The notes below the pieces were generated by a model that had not been told where the DNA came from, made no database searches, and worked only from the letters and a program-made list of their open reading frames with translations. This document shows positions 7,770-13,413 of a stretch of DNA of 13,413 bases, piece after piece. The position numbers were made by a program, and so were the translations under genes. The DNA is from Azolla caroliniana (Eukaryota > Plantae > Polypodiophyta), in assembly GCA_043228905.1 (NCBI GenBank), contig JBHGNT010000952.1, positions 1-13,413 of the forward strand, given 5' to 3'. Each line of letters starts with the position of its first letter. Position 1 is the first letter of the stretch.

Positions 7770-10700
7770 GTTATTTTTTGTTGTTTTCTTTCTTTAACAC
7801 AATTATTTCAAAACAATTCTTTGCTGTTTGTATCCGTCTACTCTAAATGATTCTTTTCCTTGTGATTATTTGAAAATTTCCTTGTTTATATGGACATTCT
7901 CTGTGGTTGTGTTTTTTATAAGATTTAGTTGGTGACACAAATGCATCATGATTTGATGCATTATACATGTCTTGGTTTTGTCACATGTGGGAATCTCTTC
8001 TAGTTAATTCTGTCTCGTTTATATATACATTTTAGAAACATAAACCTTGAGTTCTTTGCACTTGATTTTACATGTTCTCAAGCATTCAACTAGAGGCATA
8101 TTTTCCATTGTGATTTATGATATAACGGTTGCATATATTTTCCGATACCAATACCTTTACCATGTTGCTTTTTCATGCATTATTGGAATTTAGACAACCT
8201 GCACTCTCTATAATCTTATAATTTTCATGCATTCAGATTAGCCGTTGTTATATGGTACCTATCATGTGAGACACAATTTAACTATCATTGCCTTTCTTGT
8301 GATTAAATGAGGATGATAATTCACATATGCACCATGGGTCACAGTAAGTTTGCTTGTTTGTCTGTGTGTGTATTGTGAGAATCTCTTCTATCTTCCTTGT
8401 TTCTTCCAATCTGTTGGAACTTGATCTGTGAATGCATTGTCTTGGATAAGTTCTATAGATCCATCACAGTTTTGCAAGGGATTCATGTGGGTTTGTAGGA
8501 AAATGTTTGCTTTCCTGCATACCCTTAAGTCTTGTGCTAGCAGCATTGAATGAAGACGACAATGGGAACATACCTGTCTAAGACAGAAATACTCTACTTA
8601 AGTAGCCTAAAAGTGGAGAAACCAATTTTTGTATACCCTGTTCAGTAGCAGTGACAAACACTCATATATTACGTTTTGTTTCTTTATGGATATTCCAGGC
8701 AGCAGGGAATTCGAGTGCACTATTTCTAACTGCAGCAGCTCAGAATCTTTTGTGTTTAAAGTTAGCAGAGAGCTTGGGAGTGGTAATTTCGAACCCATGG
8801 GTCACATGGTTCAAAGCTGCAAGTGTTCCGGCATTTGTCGCTCTCTTAGCAACTCCTCTAATCTTGTACAACCTTTCACCACCGGAGATAAAAAATACCC
8901 CGGAGGCGCCTGCCATCGCTGCAAAAAAGCTCCAGGATATGGGTCCCGTAAAGCAAAACGAATTGGTTATGATGGCGACCATGCTGCTTGCTGTCACACT
9001 ATGGGTATTCGGGTAAGTATTTTATGATACATTCATTTTTCTCCAGACTTTAGCTAGGTAGAATGGATGATAGTTTGTATGATTTTTCAACCAAACATTG
9101 CTTTTATGGATTCTATAGCCATGGTGCATCCACTTGGTGTCATCGATATGCATGATAAAACTGATGGATTCGCATTTTTTAACTGTTTCATCCAGTGAAG
9201 TTTGCAGTCTCCTTGTGCTTCTTATATCATACTATATCTAAAAGTTACATCATAACTTATTATATGTTAATAGTGCATATAGATTATTTATAATACATTC
9301 CTATAACTTTGTTTGTTGGCTATAAAAACTTCTATTTAGAATGATTGCATGAAAGAATAAGCATTTCCCTGGATGATGACAATCAAGGTTGCAAAAAGCT
9401 GTACTAACATGAAAAGATGCGGTTTCATGAAACACTATGTTCTAACAAGTTAAAACATACTCGATTTCTGCTTGTAAAAACTTCTATTTAGAAGGGTCTC
9501 ATGAAACAATATGTTCCAACAAGTTCAAACTTTTTCTGGGAAAGCTCTATTTAGAAATGTCTAATGGAAGTTACATATTTAAAATGATGTTAAATGAATC
9601 TTCTCCTGTTTCTGTAGTGACAAGATTGGTATACCGAGCGTGGTAGCTGCCATGCTAGGTCTTTCAGTGCTATTGCTACTAGGGGTGCTAGAGTGGGATG
9701 ATTGTTTAAGTGAGAAGTCGGCATGGGACACACTAGCTTGGTTTGCGGTCCTAGTTGGCATGGCAGGACAACTCACGAGCCTTGGTATCGTACAATGGAT
9801 GTCGGATTCGGTGGCAAAGATACTGTTTTCCTTCTCGTTGACTTGGCCTGCAGCTATGGCAATCCTTCAAGGATCATATTTCTTGATCCATTACCTCTTT
9901 GCGAGCCAGACTGGCCATGTGGGCGCCCTTTATTCGGCCTTCTTAGCAATGCACATCGCTGCGGGTGTTCCTGGTGTACTCGCAGCTCTGGCCTTAGCAT
10001 ATAATACAAACTTATTTGGAGCGCTTACTCACTATAGTAGTGGACAAGCAGCGGTTTATTATGGAGGTAAGATTCTTAATTTTTTTTTAAACGTTAGCAA
10101 TGTTGCTGTATCATAAGATGTTACTATGTTTTTAAAATTTTAAGAAGGAAACTTATTAAATGCTTTTAGGTAAAACTATCTTAATACCTGTCACTTGTCG
10201 GGGTATTTACAAGAAGGCCCTTTGTTTTTATTTACAAAAATGGGTAGTCAGAACCATAAAATTAGGATGTACAATAAAGAACATGGATGAAAGTAGTATT
10301 CCTGCTTAACTCTTAAAATCATTAATACTAATGGAAAGGTCTAAATGTTTTTGTCAGACTGCTGCAAATTAGGATATAAAAGAGAAAGGTTTCCCTTGCC
10401 TAAAAAATATTCAAATGCTTGATGTGATACTAACAGAAAATTCTAAATGTTTTGTATTCTAGTCTCACATAGAATGTTCAAATAAATGCACCTCACGAAG
10501 ACAAAATCGAATTTAAGTAGAATTTTCATTTTTTTACTGAATAAAAGGAGAAATCTGAGTGACAAATGTTCGCAAAATCTTTAATCCTCACGAGAATCCT
10601 TAATGTATCTACATTTACAACATTTTCTTGTAATTTTCAGTGCATTTTTAAAATTTAACTTAAAAGTCATCAAAATGCATTGTTTGATGGATGAAAGAAA

Positions 10701-10863
10701 GGGTCCTAAAGCATTTTTGAAACCATTAATAATGGTTTGATTTGCAGCTGGCTATGTGGAGCTGCCCGAGATCTTCAAAACTGGATTCATTTGTGCACTA
10801 TTAAATGGCATTATATGGGTTGTAGTCGGTCTTGGGTGGTGGAAATTCTTAGGATTGTATTAA
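6882..10863 (+). CDS. DiT2: Chloroplast dicarboxylate transporter 2 (glutamate/malate translocator, DASS family); join(6882..7769,8699..9012,9618..10066,10748..10863); 1767 nt, 588 aa
   Basis: The spliced translation starts MESLIS and ends WWKFLGLY-stop. It contains motifs I recognise from Arabidopsis DiT2.1: LSPLPVGAWAF, EVIWLIVISFFFARGFVKTGLGDRIAT, APAMPSTTARAGG, GNSSALFLTAAAQNLLCLKLAE, WDDCLSEKSAWDTLAWFAVLVGMAGQL, HYLFASQTGHVGAL, NTNLFGALTHYSSGQAAVYYGAGYV. These differ from the DiT1 versions (e.g. FGDPIPW, TAMAANPL, THYGIGSAP). Three GT-AG introns join the exons in frame with no internal stop. Confidence 0.96.
7770..8698 (+). other. DiT2 intron 1 (929 nt, GT-AG, phase 0)
   Basis: GTTATT...TTCCAG, T-rich; removal restores QFQ-AAGNSS. 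Confidence 0.93.
8699..9012 (+). CDS. DiT2: DiT2 coding exon 2 (314 nt, AAGNSSALF...TLWVFG)
   Basis: T-rich tract and ttccag acceptor ending at 8698; donor GG|GTAAGT at 9013, phase 2. Confidence 0.95.
9013..9617 (+). other. DiT2 intron 2 (605 nt, GT-AG, phase 2)
   Basis: GTAAGT...CTGTAG; removal restores WVFG-DKIGIPSVV. Confidence 0.94.
9323..9556. repeat. Imperfect ~74 bp tandem repeat inside intron 2
   Basis: 9421-9494 and 9495-9556 share GGTYTCATGAAACAMTATGTTCYAACAAGTTMAAAC and TCTATTTAGAA. A partial third copy starts at 9323 (TAAAAACTTCTATTTAGAA...CATGAAA). Confidence 0.85.
9618..10066 (+). CDS. DiT2: DiT2 coding exon 3 (449 nt, DKIGIPSVVAAM...AAVYYG)
   Basis: Acceptor ttctcctgtttctgtag ending at 9617; donor G|GTAAGA at 10067, phase 1. 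Confidence 0.95.
10067..10747 (+). other. DiT2 intron 3 (681 nt, GT-AG, phase 1)
   Basis: GTAAGA...TTGCAG; removal restores YYGA-GYV. Confidence 0.94.
10748..10863 (+). CDS. DiT2: DiT2 coding exon 4 (116 nt, AGYVELPEIFK...WWKFLGLY*)
   Basis: Acceptor tttgcag ending at 10747; stop TAA at 10861-10863. This frame is missing from the ORF track but matches the DiT2 C-terminus. Confidence 0.95.
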
Positions 10864-10880
10864 AAGCCAAAAGCTTGAAT

Positions 10881-10903
10881 CCCATTCCCCATTCCCCATT
10901 CCC
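10881..10903. repeat. CCC-ATT-CCCC-ATT-CCCC-ATT-CCC; G-quadruplex consensus on the minus strand
   Basis: The minus strand reads GGGAATGGGGAATGGGGAATGGG (four G-runs, 3-nt loops). Confidence 0.85.
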
Positions 10904-11039
10904 ATCATTGCAGATCTTGTTCCATTTATCTATCTGACTTTCGAAGCTTTTAGGATTGATTAAAAATCTTTCGGTTATTCACGGCAACACCACTCTTCGC
11001 TTTGGCAAATACATATATAAAATCTATATATGGTCGGCA

Positions 11040-11110
11040 AATAAAAAAAATGGTCTGAGAGAGCTAATAGCGAAGCTTGATTGAGAGTCAAGAGTCTGGA
11101 AGCCAATAAA
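11040..11110 (+). terminator. Candidate DiT2 polyadenylation signals (AATAAA at 11040-11045 and 11105-11110)
   Basis: Canonical hexamers 180-250 nt after the stop, followed by T-rich/TGTA sequence. The actual cleavage site is unknown. Confidence 0.45.
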
Positions 11111-12424
11111 ACAAGATAAGGGTAGCTCCTTTTTGCAAGTCATCCAACATTTTGTGCTGATTGTAACAGGTTAATCTTTTGCAATTTACATTGTGTTAAA
11201 AAAAAAGCTTAGTCTTGATGCCTTCCCTCATTTTGGCGCCATGGGAGTGAGGAGGTCATGTTTGGGATTTTTCTTTGGTTAAATGGATCCTTCTTAATTT
11301 GGTCTACCTCTCTTGTAAGCTCATTTACAAAATGTTTGATGTCTTTTAAACTTCCGTTAGGTGAGTATGCTATGGCTGTTGTGTATTTGTTCAAAAGACT
11401 AATTATTATATGTTTAGGTTGCAGTTCTTTTAATGTTTACCTTACATGGGAATGCAAATGTATTCAAATCTAAGATTGTGTGAAGGTGTAGAGTCCCTTT
11501 TTTTGTATCCTTGATGGCAAACATTTCCGAGATATGCATGAATCCTTTTTGAAAGTAATATTTCCATAAATATTACATGCTATTTGAAATGCCCAGTCTA
11601 GTTCTTCACATATTGGGCAACCCTTACTATTGGCTATAAGTTGCACACACTATGGGTATGACTATCTAAATTATCAATATGATCTTCAAGGACATCAATG
11701 GTAGATATAGTGGGATATGTCTATGTTATCCAAATGTTCACCCTTGTTGGATACATTTGGGGAAGGGATGTTGAGGTTGAAGAGTCAAAACCTAAAAATC
11801 AAGATGAATATTATGGAGTGTGTATTCATGTTTATCATAAGCAAAGAAGGGGACATTGCATGAGAAGGTTCAAGGGATGGAAATCTGATCAGTATTTTGG
11901 TTTTTGATCCCAAGAGGTCTAGTTCCTCCTTTTGATCATCATTGCTTGATTTACATTTCTCCCATAATATTGTCTTTAGAGTTGATGCCAATTGTGCTAT
12001 TTGGTCCACTCACTTCAATTCTTGTAGGATATCTTCACAATTGACAATTGTCTACATTTATATCAAAATTTCCACACCCTTGTTATGGTTTGTGGTGGTA
12101 AGACAATGGTATAAATATGAAACACACGACTAGTTTTTTGTTGTCTAAGAATATTCTAGAGTTAGATGGTTTTGGAATCTGTTGTATCAAAAAGGTTATG
12201 TTAGCTAATGATAGACCACCAATACATTAGCTAGGTGTTAGATGATGTTGATTTTTGCACAAATGCCTTGACCACCAATATATGATGCAATCTATTCTTA
12301 CCTCAATGTACTAGGACAATGTGGATATTAAAGTTCAATTTTGTAGTGCTTGGTTTGTGATTGGGTAAGCCATGGGCCATGGCGTGCATGGAATGGACAA
12401 GAACCTTAGATTGAGTTCTACAAT

Positions 12425-12446
12425 TAGTTCAACATGGTATCAAAGC
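12425..12446 (+). mobile_element. LTR 3' end (...TTCAACA, 12434) followed by a tRNA-iMet primer-binding site (TGGTATCAAAGC, 12435-12446)
   Basis: 11 of 12 match to the canonical plant PBS TGGTATCAGAGC, directly after a CAACA terminus. The 5' boundary of the LTR could not be defined. Confidence 0.7.
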
Positions 12447-13032
12447 AAAAAAAAAATCTATACATGTTAAACAAGAGATTGAGAGGGGGAGATTCGAGCG
12501 GTGCTACTGAAACAAGGTTTGCCAATGCTTAGCCCAACTATGCAACCAACCCTAACAAGTATTATTGGAGCAAGATTGTTGGAAAGCTAAGGTCATGATT
12601 GCCAACAACATTAGAAGGGATGCGCAATGAGATAACTTTACATAGCCACATTATTTTTTGTATACTTATCTACTCACTAAGGAACACACGAGCTATAGCT
12701 CCATTGTACCATTCCATTTATTGTGATCACACTTCAATGCTTTTCCTATTGAATAAATAAAGAAATATATATATACATGTCCATTGTTTTTCTTTATATT
12801 TTCTACTTTTTTGGCAATAATCAACAAATATATCATGGTTGAAAATGTGAAGATTGTAAGTTAGAATTGTAGCATTTAGCTTCTCAAACTTGTTCAAGGC
12901 AAAACACGTATAAGCTACAATTCTCCTTGTTTGTGCAACTTTCGTGTGCTTTCTTCGAAACACATCTATAAAAAGATGAAGTTATGCTTTCCATCTTTGT
13001 TAGACTAGGATCCAAAACGACGTATACTATTT

Positions 13033-13413
13033 TGTTGGCGAGTTGAGTGAGGGTGGTTATCGAACACGTTTGAGCTACTAGTTTACTTAGTTTTAGTGAT
13101 CAACACCTACTCTTACTCCCCCTCTCTCTCACACTTCACTCTCTCTTGCACTTAAAAATAGATGCAAAGACAAAGAAGGCATAAGAAAGAACACACCACT
13201 TCTTATTACAAGGAGGTTTAGCACCATACAAGAGTGAGGGGATTAGGGTTTGATTTAATTAACTCTTAACCCTGATCTCTCTTATCTCTAATAGAGGATT
13301 AAGGGGATAGAGTAGGAGCTCTAATGCACTAATGGAACCTGAAAACCTAAAATTGGAGAAGAGCTACAAAAGTCACCACCAAAAGGTGGCTTTTATAACT
13401 TTGTACAAAGTTG
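13033..13413 (-). mobile_element. Probable LTR (R/U5 end) in minus orientation, truncated by the window edge
   Basis: Begins TGTTGGCGAG (minus strand ends ...CTCGCCAACA). A minus-strand TATAAAAG lies at 13390-13397, about 360 nt inside. No PBS is adjacent, so it would be a 3' or solo LTR. Confidence 0.45.

Noticed and set aside
6462-7850. 462-aa ORF as a standalone protein
   Set aside because: It starts at a GTG in upstream sequence and reads 26 codons into intron 1. The real exon is 6882-7769.
7941-7961. ATGCATCA/TGATGCAT hairpin in intron 1
   Set aside because: An 8-bp AT-rich stem is expected by chance and is too short for a miRNA precursor or MITE.
8696-8705. CAGGCAGCAG tandem acceptors at exon 2
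   Set aside because: The alternative AGs are 4 and 7 nt downstream and would frameshift; only the first restores homology, so this is not an in-frame NAGNAG.
6959-10004. Antisense and alternate-frame ORFs over the exons (6959-7555, 7226-7459, 8629-9027, 8740-8997, 9579-9776, 9723-10004)
   Set aside because: They are shadow ORFs of GC-richer coding exons with no recognisable motifs.
6882-10863. Calling the gene DiT1/OMT1 or a bacterial CitT/TtdT-type transporter
   Set aside because: The diagnostic motifs (PSTTARAGG, TAAAQNLLCLKLA, SQTGHVGAL, THYSSGQAA) are DiT2-type, and spliceosomal introns plus a transit peptide indicate a plant nuclear gene.
11229-11245. CA-TTTTGGCGCC resembling an Athila/Tat PBS
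   Set aside because: Only ~7 nt match, and the upstream sequence is the DiT2 3' region rather than an LTR.
13397-13413. Similarity to a lambda/Gateway att core (AACTTTGTACAAA)
   Set aside because: The match is short, diverges from att sites afterwards, and no vector or phage sequence is adjacent in the window.

Overview
Eukaryotic land-plant nuclear DNA, not prokaryotic. The only well-supported gene is a complete four-exon plastid inner-envelope dicarboxylate transporter of the DiT2 (glutamate/malate translocator, DASS/SLC13-type) subfamily on the + strand: join(6882..7769,8699..9012,9618..10066,10748..10863), 588 aa, GT-AG introns, Ser-rich transit peptide. It sits in AT-rich, visibly CpG-poor intergenic DNA that looks like decayed transposons: a probable LTR end at each edge of the window, a Copia gag-protease remnant near 2.5 kb, and an LTR end plus tRNA-iMet PBS near 12.4 kb. 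The promoter side has a ~300 bp degenerate GACYAR hexamer array and several simple repeats. Nearly all other ORFs in the track look spurious. I see no evidence of a new multi-gene system. The most interesting signals are local: a duplication that copies the start codon out of frame, a methylation-decay pattern in the promoter array, C-rich G4/i-motif tracts at both ends of the gene, and DiT1-like residues in a DiT2 backbone. Homologue comparisons are from memory; no searches were run.
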